From: Selaginella moellendorffii
Taxonomy: Eukaryota; Plantae; Lycopodiophyta
Assembly: GCF_000143415.4 (NCBI RefSeq)
Contig: NW_003314271.1
Location: 1,408,092-1,472,091, forward strand
DNA length: 64,000 nucleotides
Reading direction: 5' to 3'
The notes beneath the pieces were generated by a model. It was not told the DNA's origin. It saw only the letters and a list, made by a program, of their open reading frames with translations, and did not search any database. The position numbers and the translations under genes are program-made. How positions within the stretch are numbered: position 1 is the stretch's first letter; the number at the start of each line of letters is the position of its first letter. Positions 1-12,354 of the stretch are shown one piece after another.

Positions 1-430
1 GGCTCATGATGATCTGTACTTAAAATATTTGATAAACTCTCTTATAACAATTACAAGAAGTAGTTACTTCATCATGTACTCTCTTTTGTCGTTTCTTAAA
101 TACCTCATTTTCTGTAGAGTTAGGCCCATTATCTGTATTTTATAACCTCCTATAATAATTATAAGAAGTACTTAAGTTTATCATGTAGTCTATTTTATCA
201 TTTTTCAAATACCTCATTTACTATAGAGTTAGGTTTATGATCTGTATTTAGAATGTATTATAACCTCCCATAATAATTATAAGAAGTACCTTCCTTTATC
301 ATTTATTTATTGTAGAGGTAAGCTTATGATCTGTATTTAAAATATATTATGAACTTCATATAATAACTATAAAAATACTTACTTTTATCATGTGATTTTA
401 TTTGTCATTTTTCAAATGCCTCATCTACTA
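1..430. repeat. Degenerate AT-rich tandem repeat, ~4 units of ~90-120 bp
   Basis: Recurrent blocks gatctgtatt / ataataattataagaagta / aaatacctcattt / tagagttagg at about 10, 130, 240 and 330. Confidence 0.7.
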
Positions 431-659
431 TATTTTGTGGCATCTTATACTCCAAACTTTTACTAAACTCTTTTCTAGATTTTCTACATTGCCTACTATT
501 TTGGCTAAGAATTTAAAATTTCCACGTTAGAGCTGAAAGATTTCAACATTTACTTCCTTGTTGCCTGAGATGAAGTTGCTTGCTCTTCTTCTAATTGTCA
601 CTTTTGTGGAGTTACCTTTGAAAGGAGAGGATAAAGACTAGATTTCTTAAGCATCTCAA

Positions 660-1116
660 TGTAAGCCTTTGAATTTGGACTTCTTGTGAGGTCACTTAAC
701 CCAATACTATTAAAACTCAAGTATTTTAACACACTTAACCAATCTGAAAAAGGGGTGCATTTTTATTCATGAGCCCTTTTCTTCTATATTTAAACCTTTA
801 TAAATCATCTCTCAAGTCATTCTTTTTTGTTGTTTGTAATCCACCACATTTTTCTGCAAGTTCACGCCCTCGTAAACAGAAGTTAAGAGCTATAACTCTC
901 CTAAAATCCCTGCTCACCCAGCCCAGTACTACTGAAACCTAAAAATGCTTAACCCCAAGTATCTCAAGACCCTTAATCAATTGGAAAAAGTGCATTTTTA
1001 TTCATCCTTTATCTTTGAAATTTTATAAATTGTCTTTCGAGTCATTTTGTTTGATTGTTTATAATCCATTACGCTTCACTGTAAGTTCACACCCTTGGAA
1101 TAGAAGCTGAAAGCCC
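660..1116 (-). mobile_element. Decayed tandem copies of the Cassandra-type TRIM (LTR-internal-partial LTR-internal), running into an N gap
   Basis: Colinear with 23961-24240 (ttggactt..gaggtcac..ccaatactat; aaaaggggtgca; caagttcacgccctcgt); second unit starts at ~914 (cacccagcccagtacta). Confidence 0.75.
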
Positions 1117-1474
1117 NNNNNNNNNNNNNNNNNNNNNNNNNNNNNNNNNNNNNNNNNNNNNNNNNNNNNNNNNNNNNNNNNNNNNNNNNNNNNNNNNNNN
1201 NNNNNNNNNNNNNNNNNNNNNNNNNNNNNNNNNNNNNNNNNNNNNNNNNNNNNNNNNNNNNNNNNNNNNNNNNNNNNNNNNNNNNNNNNNNNNNNNNNNN
1301 NNNNNNNNNNNNNNNNNNNNNNNNNNNNNNNNNNNNNNNNNNNNNNNNNNNNNNNNNNNNNNNNNNNNNNNNNNNNNNNNNNNNNNNNNNNNNNNNNNNN
1401 NNNNNNNNNNNNNNNNNNNNNNNNNNNNNNNNNNNNNNNNNNNNNNNNNNNNNNNNNNNNNNNNNNNNNNNNNN
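1117..1474. other. Assembly gap (N run)
   Basis: Ns. Confidence 1.
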
Positions 1475-1749
1475 ATAATCTTATTGGTGGACCAATTATT
1501 CTGGCGCGGACATTGCAATTGTGATTCTTGTTGCTGACAACTTCAAGAAGACAATCCAATCATTATTTCGCCTTTAAATATGCCAATTCTTGATCTCCTC
1601 TTAAATTCATAACTAGTAGCTTGATTGTGTTGTCTTCTTGTGCTAATCCTATGGGCCAAGTATTTTGATCACCATCTGTGTTGAAAACTCTATAAGGAGG
1701 TGTTGAATTAGTAATATTTATCCTACACTAAAAACTATACTTAAGTTTA

Positions 1750-4400
1750 GCTAATTTAGCTACCTTAGCTTCTTTCTTCCTCATTTTGTTCTCCTCCAAT
1801 TTGGGAACTTCCACCCTTAGGATTACCTTTACTTTGAATTGATAGTGAAAATTAAGTTAGAAGGGATGGTTTTTTCTGAGTCTGATTCATAAGAGCTTCT
1901 ATATAATTGTTGTTATCCAAAATCCAAATATTAAGATCCTCATTTGAAATCTTCATAGTCTTTATAATGGATTCTCTACTGATCTTCAATTGCTTCTCAA
2001 CACAAAACTTGATCATCAAATTCATCCAATCCAGAAGGTTTAACCCCAGCTCACTCATACTCAAAACCTTCTTTTTTTGATCTTTATTTGCCACTTTCTT
2101 GACTGAATGTCTACCTATCAGAATCTCCTAGCCTAATAGTGTCAAATTATCATTTTCTAGGATAAACATCTTTAAAGAGATTCATTGTCCAAGAAATAAT
2201 TGGTTGCATCTTCTTTACTAGCTTAAGAGAAAGTGTACCTTCTTCTCCCTTACGAACAACTTTAATCTAAATAGTGAAAGTTTCTTCTGAGCTTTTCAAA
2301 AGGTAGTGGATGTTTATAAAGTCAATAACCCCAAACATCATGCTAACCACATTTTCAAAGTTCTATAATAAATTATAAAATTAGTAATAATAATAATAAT
2401 AATAATAATATATTTATACCTTCCATTCTCAAGAATGAGCTCCTCCTTTTATAGATTTTTCTAGACATCCCATGCCTTTCTAGTATACTCTAGTTGCTTA
2501 GAAAAAGGGATTGCCTTATTTGAGTTGAGTGAAAGACAAAAAATGTCATCTTTGGTTGCAACTTTGCCACTTATCACTTTGCATCTACACTAACAAAGCA
2601 TGAGTCCAACTTTAGGATCTGAAAGGAACCTCTCGTTTTTAAGAAGCTCTTGTAGTGTTATTGTAAAGTGTTGCCTAGAAATAATATAATATCATATACC
2701 ATCATCCTCTTCTTCATCCTCTCCTAAATTTGTATCTTTTCCTTCATTTTTTGAATCTTAATCCTTTCCTTCATCTTCTATGCCTTCATCACTGTCTTCA
2801 TTACTTTCATTGTCTTCTTTGTTAGCTTTCCATCTTTTCTTCTACTCCAAGTCTTTAAATCAGTGACATATTTTACATCCCTTAGATAAAAAATATATAT
2901 CACAACTCCATCTTCTATCTTGAAAGGCACCACAATAGCTGAATTAGATTCTTATGGATTAGTATTAATGTTTTCCTTCAAGTTGTGAACCCAATGATTA
3001 TATAGTGGCCTTTGGTTATACTCCTCAAATATTTGGAATTTTAAGGTGTGTAAAAGTGCAAGCTTAAGACTTTCTATCAAAGAGCATTGCTTCTCAATCT
3101 TTGCAATTTTTTAAGCATTGCAATATTTTGAAAATACTGCAGTTGCCTTTTCACAAATGCCTTGCTTTCCTTTCTTCTTCTTTACTATTTCATCTTCTGA
3201 TGCACTATTCATACCTTCACCTTCAAAATCATTTCCAAAAACTTCTATTTCCAAGTTTTGACTTAGACTAATTCCACTCTTAATCCGTTAAAATATTGTT
3301 TCTACTTCCTTTAGTGAAACTTCATATTGTTCCACTAAGTTAGGGCTAAGAATCTTCCCTCTAAAATTATCCCTCTAGTTATTTAAAAACTTTGATTTTG
3401 ATGATGTTGTAAGTTTAGTCTCATTTGTTGACAAAGTATCCCAAAACTTAATTGCATTTAATCTTGTCATATCTTCATCATAGCTAAGTTGTAAGTTTTT
3501 TGGATCAAGAGCCACTTGCTTAGGAGTACTTTCGACATTAATAAAAAATTGAGATGCTGTATGGCTTGTCTAGCTCCTCGCCACAAAAGATGAGATCACT
3601 AGCATCAATCTTGAATTGACCACTTTGCCTCTGCTTTGTATTTTAAAACTGCCTCAGCATTCTAAAAGTTTTGGAACCCTCTTTACCAAGAAGGGAATCT
3701 CAAGTACCATTCCCTATCTATTCCATGTGATCTTTTGTCCCACTTTATAGCTCTTTGATTTTGATGAAACAATATCAAAGAGATTATTGCTGCTGCCTAT
3801 AAAAACAATTTTTTCACCCTTTTCAACTACAATATAAGGGTTATTACTAAGTAGATTAGCCATTGCCACAATAACTCTTCTCCTTCTTATGTTTTTGAAA
3901 GTAAACATCTATAAAAGAAATAAACATATAAGTACAAATCTACTATAAATGAAACTATGTTCTATGTGAGTGCTCACACACCACAAAAGGTTTACTATCC
4001 CATCTATTACACTACAAAATCTTACAATCGTTTACTATCCATGTTACACTTTAATCAAGTGCATTTGTCACCCTCTTTCCAATAAAAAGACTTAAAAATA
4101 ATTTTAAAAAATTATCAACCTTTTTTATGTTGTAATGGCCCTGATATAAAGCTTCTAGCTTCTAAATCATTTACCAATCCATTAATTAAAAGTTTCTTTA
4201 TAGAAAGATAACCATTTCCTTCACCAAGTGGTAAATTATGTTCTACTATCCATTAAGATAATAACACCTTCTACTATTGTAACATCCCCTAGAAGTATGT
4301 TATATTTGTCTCCCTCATTTAAAGCAACTGAAAAATAGTGATTCAACAAACTCTGTTAGTTATATGGTAGTGAAACCATATGCAATTTGGGGTTTAGTTA
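1750..4400 (-). pseudogene. Decayed AT-rich multi-exon ORF, possibly the accessory ORF of a DNA transposon
   Basis: Coding-like minus-strand segments (1852-2094, 3714-3908, acidic low-complexity stretch ~2700-2830) broken by stops; divergent from the transposase remnant at 9.8 kb and sharing the TGAGCACTCA motif upstream. Confidence 0.35.
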
Positions 4401-4549
4401 TAATAATATTTGCTTAAAATAAGCTTAAATCAACTCAACGATCATTCACAATTCACAATCATCATATTAATCCAAGTCTATAGGCATTCTTCAATATTAA
4501 TTTCAAGCTATAACACAATAAAATCCATCCAATTAAAGAAGTGAATAAG

Positions 4550-5085
4550 TGCTAGTGCATGAGCACTCACGCACATGGAAGAAGATGAAAAAAATGGAAT
4601 GTATTTATGCAACAAAGACTAAAAAGATGCATTATTATCCATATAGTTTAGTAAGGAATTAGGATAATATGTCCATAAAATGGAAGAGTGGGAATTAAAG
4701 TTAAAGTGCATAGGCACTCACGCACACAAATGGAATGCAAGCTTGCAAACACTAAAAACATGCATCATATTTTATGTAGTATGCTATTAGGGAATTTATC
4801 TATGTAGTTTAGTATTATATGAATTAGGATAATTAACACAATAAAGCCCATAAAATGCCAAGTGGTTTAGTATAATATGAATTAGGATAATAAAGTCCAT
4901 AAAATGCACGTGGTAATTAAAGTTAACAGTGCATGAGCACTCACACACACAAATGGAATGTAAGCTCATGATAACTTTTTATGTAGTTTACTATTAGGAT
5001 TGCATGACATGCATTAAAATCAGAACTACGTAAGCACTCATGTACTTCATGTACTTCATGTACTCATGTACTTCATGTACTTCTA
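4550..5085. repeat. Clustered gtgcatgagcactcac motifs, short direct repeats and (catgtactt)n
   Basis: Motif at ~4555, 4706, 4929 and 5030; catgtactt x~5 at 5038-5082. Confidence 0.7.
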
Positions 5086-5886
5086 AACTACTACTGCCAG
5101 GCCAAGATTCCCTGAGGTTTTCATTAGTCATGATGGTGCTACCAGTGGACTAGATATACAAGTAGCAGAGAAAGAAACAGGATCTCTCCTTGATTATTCT
5201 TTTAAACCACTTTGAATTGAGCCAGGATGATGAGAACTTGTGTTTGGCTTGAATTGTCTCCTTGAGATTGTTTGAAGTCTTCAGGTTTGCTTCTCTAGTA
5301 CTATTTTGTATTTCATTCTTACTAGGTGCAAGAAACACATTGGTCCAATCGGGCTACATGACAAGCAGCCTGGACCCTAGAGCCTGAAATCATCAAAGTG
5401 AAAAGCCTCCTGCCAAGATAAGTGATCTTATTTTATGTTGTTGCTCACTTTGGTATCAATAGGAGTGATGAAGCTTATCATGTAACTGGCACTCACTTGA
5501 AGGTTTTGAAGGATTCTTGATAAAAGGCATGAGCAAAGAGAGGCCACCTTCCTCTTACGAGAGGCACAATGCAGTGAAGATGATGGAGAAGAACTTGTTG
5601 GAGCTCCAATAACTCTTCCTTGACATTTCGGTGTTGGTGGAGTCACAGAGAGAGAAAACCTGACAAAAGTAGAGAACTAAACTTGCAGGAGCTGATCATG
5701 TCTGGTTAACCACTCATATCGTCTCCACAATTTGGACTTGCCCAATCACCCACTACACAGCTATTTTACTTTTTGTACATTTTGGCTCCTAAAAAAATAT
5801 TCTTAGGGTTTTATAGCTAGATATTTGCACTGTTGAAGGCTTATGTGTCAGTAGCATCAACACCACCATTGTCATCAATCAATTAA

Positions 5887-6080
5887 TGTAACAGTGTGTG
5901 TGGATCATGAAGAAGCTAGCACTGCTGCCAAAGTTCATTCAACTGCTAGCCTCATCTCATCTATGCTTTGGTTCATGAGCATAATTACAAGGTTGGGGAG
6001 CCAAAGGAATAAGAAAAGTCCCAAGGAGAGTTGGCCTAGAAGACTGGACCTCTAGATTCATGCTCCAACACTCCCCCTCG
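5887..6080 (-). mobile_element. Probable LTR (~184 bp) with adjacent polypurine tract, retroelement remnant
   Basis: tgtaa...ccaaca termini; adjacent ctccccctc is the reverse complement of a gagggggag PPT. Confidence 0.45.
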
Positions 6081-6803
6081 ATCTGAATCCCAAGATCATC
6101 TATGGTGTTTCTTGAACTTGTAATCTCAAGAGTACAATACTAAATGAACTCAAGACTGCACTGGCCATGCCACTGGTGGAGCGTTTGCCCATGCAAATCT
6201 TGCTCCTCGACTGCTAGTATTTACTTTCAACATTTCCTTTGGTGATCACCTTCTCTAGTAGTGGACGCTAATCTTGGCCAGTCTGAGGAAATACATCCTA
6301 AAGGATAGTGATGGTGGACATGGTGATTGATGATATAAGAGCCAGGAGTTGTGAATGGTGAGTTGCATGCAAATCACTTGTTGTCACTCTTGCACAAGAG
6401 GATAGAGATGCTACTATGCTTGCCCACTTGCATCACTGTTGGGGCTGTACTTTGTGTTGTTGTGACCATCAAACACCAATGTAACAATAATGTCTATACT
6501 CCCTAGACATCAATGGCTGCTGCCAAGCACATAGTGGAAAATTATAGAGTCAATCATATCCCATACCATTTTCTTTAGAAGGCCACTCAACATTGCCATT
6601 CCCTTTATGTTGGTTCTTTGCAAGCCAATCTATAGAAGGGACTATTGAAAGTTGAAAGCTCAATCACATGCTCCTTGGTGCATTCGTGGAGAAGTAGCTG
6701 TATCAAACTTCTAATGGAATTTACTTTAGCTTTGTTTAATGAAGAATTAAAATCTAAACAATCTTTAAACAATATGCCAATCTAGAGATTGTGTCATTTT
6801 TCT

Positions 6804-8853
6804 AAGACCAAGTAGTGTCATTGTAGAGAGATCCATGAATAGAATTGAAAACAAAATGCTCAAACATCACAGGTTTCAGGTTAAGTTGCTGAAAACATTC
6901 TTTATCTTAAAGATGATGAAAGAATATTTGGTGAAAAGGTAAAACATCCATTTGTTTTGTATAGGGTTTGTGATTGTAAAACCAACAATAAAAGGGCGCT
7001 CAGGCTAGATTGCCATTACATGGAGGACAAGATGGCGTTGGATCCTCCAAGTAGAAGAGCTGGTGGTTCTTTTAGGTATAATCTTGGCTTGATCATCAAG
7101 AGACGAAGATCACGAGTGACGCTCCTTGAGCATACATGGTTATGACTGGCCAGGAATGGTACAAACTCAACATATCTACACAAGACTAAAAGCAAAGCTG
7201 TGAGTGATAAAACCACAAGCACAGAAGCTACTCCACATTGAAAAAAAAGGAGTTCCTTCGGTTAGAGCTGGATAGCTTTTGGAAGGCTAGGAAAGCAACT
7301 GAAAATTTCTTACCTCTTAAAGAAGGGAATGAACATGTAGTCATGCATGATGAAGTTTGTAAAATGAGGCATGCAGCGAACTTCACCTGGAACTTAACAC
7401 TGAAAAAATAAATTTGAAGAAAGAAAACCAACTTATTGTCAATCTTGCCGCTGATCTTGCAAATTCCCTCTCATTTCTTATTTTCCTGGTGCCATTTAAG
7501 AGGCCCTTGGAACAAATCCAAGAATGGCCCCATTGCGTTCCTAGCCTACCAAATCCCAAAGCTATCCAGCTCCGAGTGAAGAAATTCCTCTTTTTGGGGG
7601 AGTGCTCAAGGAATGTGAGGCAAATTTTTGTGGGAGCTTTCTCTAGCAGATTGATTACCAGGGGCTATACATGCAAAGCGTCCCAGCTGGTGGAAGAATT
7701 TCTTACTGCTTTTACTCAGTGGAAATGGTTCCTTCAATGTAGGATCATGGAAAGCAAGAAATCCTGCTATAATTCGTGTGCATTGGCTACTATAACTAAC
7801 ACAAGCAAGTGCTTCTATCTGCCTCAAGTCTATCTGAAAGAAATTGCTAATATACACCTCTTCACAACCTCTGTGGTTGGAAAAACAAGAAAACAATATG
7901 GCTGGAAAAACCAAGACGACAGAAGCATAACTTCATTTGTCATACTACATGAGTTACAAAACTCACCTCTTGTTGTTACTGCTGCTGAATGATTCAACTA
8001 CCTCTCAGACTCCTTGCTCGATTGAGGTTGCCAGTAATTCCCTGAAAAGAATGGGAAAACTTAGTCTTGATACCACACTATTAGTGTGGAGATGTCTTTC
8101 ATGATTTGTGTCATTCATAGAAAATGTTTCCCAAAACAAGTAGAGTACCTGTTGGACTTCTTTTCCCATTCCTCTCTTGAACCCAACATTTAGAGAAAAC
8201 CCAGAAATACAAGCAATAGATAAGAGCATCCCAGGTCTGCCATTGTGAGCCGCAGCTCCAGCTCCATTGCTGCTGTTGTGTTAGCACCGTGAGCGCTTGC
8301 CCTGTTTCCTGCCAGTGGAGAAAATCAGGGCCCCTAGCTTTCAAAAATCCTGTGTGATCCAGCATTCCATGACTTACAGTTGTGTGTTGGCATCTTTACA
8401 TTGCTAGAACCCTAGATTGAACAGCAACTAATGAGGCAAGTTGTGCTTGCGCTAGTAAAAGCACAACTCTTTCTAAAAACTGACTGTTTAACTATTCTTA
8501 GGATTAAGTGCATGTTGAGGAGCTCTCTTTCTTGAGCACGGCTGGGTGCTTCTTGAGCACAGCAGTCAGATCTGAGTGGATTGCTGCTTCTTGAGCACGG
8601 CAGTCAGATCTGGGTTGGGTGTCCATGGTCAGCAAATTTCTTAAGCAAGTATCGTTCTATTATGTTAGGCTAGGGTAATAGCTACAAGCCATGCAGTGGT
8701 GTTGTGGAGCTATCTTTCTTGAGTGTGGCATTTGGCAATGCTGTGGCCACAGCACCTAGGCAACTTCTGGAGCTCATTTTCTTGACTTTGGTTTCTTTCT
8801 TGGGCATGTCTAAACTTAGTTTTTTTAATTCTTCCCTTTTAACTTCCTTTTAC
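6804..8853 (+). repeat. Repeat A (~2 kb), left arm of a long inverted repeat; decayed coding-derived sequence of unknown identity
   Basis: Reverse complement matches 18775-21176; part (about 8500-8660) recurs in direct orientation at ~24853-25030. Confidence 0.9.
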
Positions 8854-9799
8854 ATAGTATCCTTGTGGTTCTTTGGGGTTTTCTTCTTGAGACAAGCAAC
8901 AACTGCACACAGAATATCTCTAGAATATTCCATGTTTGTATAGGGTAATACTTCACACTCCTAGCCCACCCTAAAGTGCACTACATGCTGGGGCGATAGT
9001 GCGTGAGCACTCCACACTAAAGTGCGCTACAGTTATGTTCTAATTGCATACATATAGTGCATGAGTGCTCATTTAGTAGACAATACTAAAATTGTAGAAT
9101 CAATTATTATTTCTTTAGATAGTAACAAAATGAATTGCTTGGAGAACATAAAGCTTATCTTTCAATCACAAAGATATTTGTTAATAATACTATAATGAAC
9201 ATGAAAGTTAGGCATCATATTTAGTGGCCAATGCATGGCCTTCAGACTCAATATTAAAAAATAAGTGCCTTTTTTAAAAATATTTATAATAATTATATTT
9301 GGACATTTCAGCTTCTTATAAGTGTGCTTCCAATATGGGTCTAGAAAAACATGGATTGGTGTAAGTGTTTCAACTTTCCCACAATCGTTCACATATTGCT
9401 TTAGGGATAATTATATCAGAAAATCCAACTGATGCAGTTAGTGGCTGTAAAACTCAGTCACTTTGACTTAGGAGTTGTTATTACTCAGATATTACAATCT
9501 GAGATATTAAGTTGTGAATAATTAGTTCATTGGCCACTTTCAAATATCACATTCTTGGGAGAAGAAAAGGAACCATCATCTAGAGAATCATCAAATATAA
9601 AAATAAAATATATATTTATTAATATATCTCAAAAGAAATTTAAAATTGAGGGCCCAGCTCTTGAACATAGGCAACAATTGCTAGCTGAGGCAAATATAAG
9701 AAAAGTCTCTACTCTTGATTGCTGCTCTCAAAAGTACATAATAAACATATATCATATTATAATATTACAGCTTATAACTAATGACTTAATTCTTTATTA

Positions 9800-10900
9800 T
9801 CAGGTGTTGTCAAGTTGTAAAAAGAGATGAAAATTTTAATGCAAGGAATTCAATATGGAATTCATGTTGGAAAGACCATCAAGAATTTTATTTCAAAGCT
9901 CTTTCCCATGCTATAAAACGCTCATAAAACTTTGATAGAAATTTTGGTATGGTTTTTATTGGATATATTATATGTGCCAAGTATGGTATATTATACATGA
10001 TTTTAGTAAATCCACTTTTTATCGAGTTAAAAAGGAGTAGAATGGTTTTGCAACTCAAACTTTTTATGGCAACTCAGGTCAAAATAAATCCAGATATAAC
10101 ACTATAGCATTACAAGAATTATTTCAAACATTTGTGGATGTTAATAGTGATAAAATGCCCTATAAATCAAGGACAACACTTGAAGGGATTTGAGATACTC
10201 AAAGAGTTCTTCCAGCCATGCTCACCTAAACTTCAATACTTAAGCAATTAAATGAAGAACTTCTTACAGAAGGGCTAAAAACTGCAAGTATTTCAACTTT
10301 TAACAAAATTTATAAATCACATCTAGATGAATCGTATTTTATCAACACAACAACTTACGAATATTTATCTATTATACATGATAAGATGGATCATAAGAAA
10401 ACATCTTTACCAAGGCTTGAGTCTATACCGAAAGATTGTAGTCAAGCATATCCTCTTTCTTTATCACTCTTTGGATTTAGCACATAGTCATGGATTTAGT
10501 GCATATGGGCACTTTATTGTTCCACAATGGCTTGATGATCCAAACATAACAATTGGTTCATTATCAAAAAATTTACTATATTTACAACAATTAAAGCATG
10601 GAGAAAAAGGAATAATTATAAAAGGGCAAAAGTTGCATAATGCTTTATTAGTCATCAGCTTCAAGAAGAGTCAAAATTTCTAAATAGTCCAAATACTTTG
10701 ACTTTAGCTTCAGATTTAAAAGTGCATGAGACCTCATGCACTCTTTCAATCATCACAACTACTAATGCACTATGTTTACCACCAAATCCTTTATTACAAC
10801 TTGATAATTGTAGATTGAAAAACAAAAATCAATAGTTATTTACATATTTATCCCTACTTGTGTCATATTGTCAAAGAATTTTCAAGACAATAGTGGAGGG
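9800..10900 (+). mobile_element. Decayed DDE transposase, Sola/DUF7869-like
   Basis: Frame-broken motifs WYIIHDFSKSTFYRVK, SDKMP(Y/H)KSRT, SIIHDKMDHKKTSLPRL, HGFSAYGHF..DPNITIGSL, LLQLDNCRL(K/E)NKNQ; many stops. Confidence 0.6.
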
Positions 10901-11072
10901 TGCAATCCTGAACACATGGGTTATGGTTTATGGTTTAAACTTCAATGGTTTATGAGGGTTTATAAAACTTATATGTAACATAAGTTATTCCAAATAATAT
11001 TTAAATATAAACAAGCAAACCAGATTATTTTTAATTCTAAACTCGCAAGTTACCTGTCGTGAGCTCATGAGC

Positions 11073-12265
11073 TCAAAGTGGTTCAGGCTTCTGTCTCTGC
11101 TCAAAGATGTATTTTCGTAGAGCGCCTAGCTCAGGATCAGTGGACTTTAAAAATATCACCATGTCTTCCAGTTTTGTGCGGGCAAGTGTTTCTGTGAAGA
11201 GGTGCTTTATCTTCAAGGATGCGAAATCCAGCAAATATCTAGCACCGTCGACAAGAGGCCGCTTGAAGTGAAGCAACAACCATGATATGTCATCAGACGT
11301 CGCCTCTGAAAGGATAGCCCGATAAACTCTAGGTAAGTCCGTATTGGAGAGACTGGTCTAAATCTTCCTTTCACAGGCTCGGTCATTCAGATCGTCAACC
11401 TCTGCTTCACGAAGTAGACGATGTATCCCACCGTACCAGTCGTAGTACAAGTCAGCTGCTTTGATGCGTGCATCCAACCGATCTGCCTCATCCAGAAGAG
11501 CCACCCGTGGAGCGACTGTTTCGAATACATCTTCCACCGGCGGTCACTCGGCTCGCTCGTCTTCAGCAGTCTATCAGCTTCTTCCCGCATTTCCTTGCTC
11601 TCAAGCTTCCACAGGCCTAGCAACGCCTCAAACTCGTCCTTATCCCAAGGGTGAACGAAGAACTTGCTTTTGACCCCTATTGGCTTCGCGCTCTTGATGT
11701 TTCTACGACCCGGGGATGCTGCTACCAATATCCTTTTTCCCAGAGGATCTCCACTCTCAATTTTCTGGTCGATGAGGTGAACCACACATTGCTGCAATCG
11801 ACTCAAGGGGTACTCCGTCTTCTCATGGATGGATACCTGGCCTTCGGACGTGAATTCCCAGATAAAGTCCGCGGACTGGTAGACGACAACGAAGCTGGTG
11901 TTCTCAATGGTCATCTCAATGCCGAACCGGATGAGGAAGTACCAGAGGAATGCCGACTTTCCGACGCCAGGATTTCCGTTGAGGCATCCTAACCAATCCA
12001 TAGACACCGCAGCTTCTATGGCCGAGTAGAGATCATCGAAATCCTTGCGCACGTACAGCCTTGTAATGCCTCGAGGTCCTCTCAGGGTTCCATATTCCGC
12101 AGGCACACTCAAGTCTATGAACTTGCCAGCGGCGTATACTTCCGGCTGTTGGTTCAGCACCCCTCCCCACCACGCGCTAAGCGCCCCGGTTTCGCTCCTA
12201 AACTTCGCATCAGTTCGCAAACGCTTCCTACCATCGATCGTCGCTGGACTCCAACTCCGACCCAT
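11073..12265 (-). pseudogene. Crinkler/RHS-type P-loop NTPase, nuclease-less paralogue (copy 1); frameshifted
   Basis: MGRSWSPATIDGRKRLR start; GNPGVGKS Walker A; HLIDQ Walker B; VAASP; PWDKDE; WYGG; 1-bp loss near 11515 and in-frame stop near 11357 relative to 32508-33501. Confidence 0.8.
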
Positions 12266-12354
12266 TCGAGCCCTAATTGGATCTAAGTTAAATGTTCTCC
12301 TTTTATTTATACGTTTGGCCTTTTTATGGTGTAAAATATTCTGACCTAGATCCA

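Noticed and set aside
1-430. CRISPR-like array
   Set aside because: Whole units are degenerate repeats without unique spacers; eukaryotic context, no cas genes.
1059-1559. ORFs of 143-166 aa
   Set aside because: They span the N gap; artefacts.
5090-5880. Possible gene fragments (ORFs 5150-5338, 5428-5646)
   Set aside because: No recognisable motifs or consistent exon structure.
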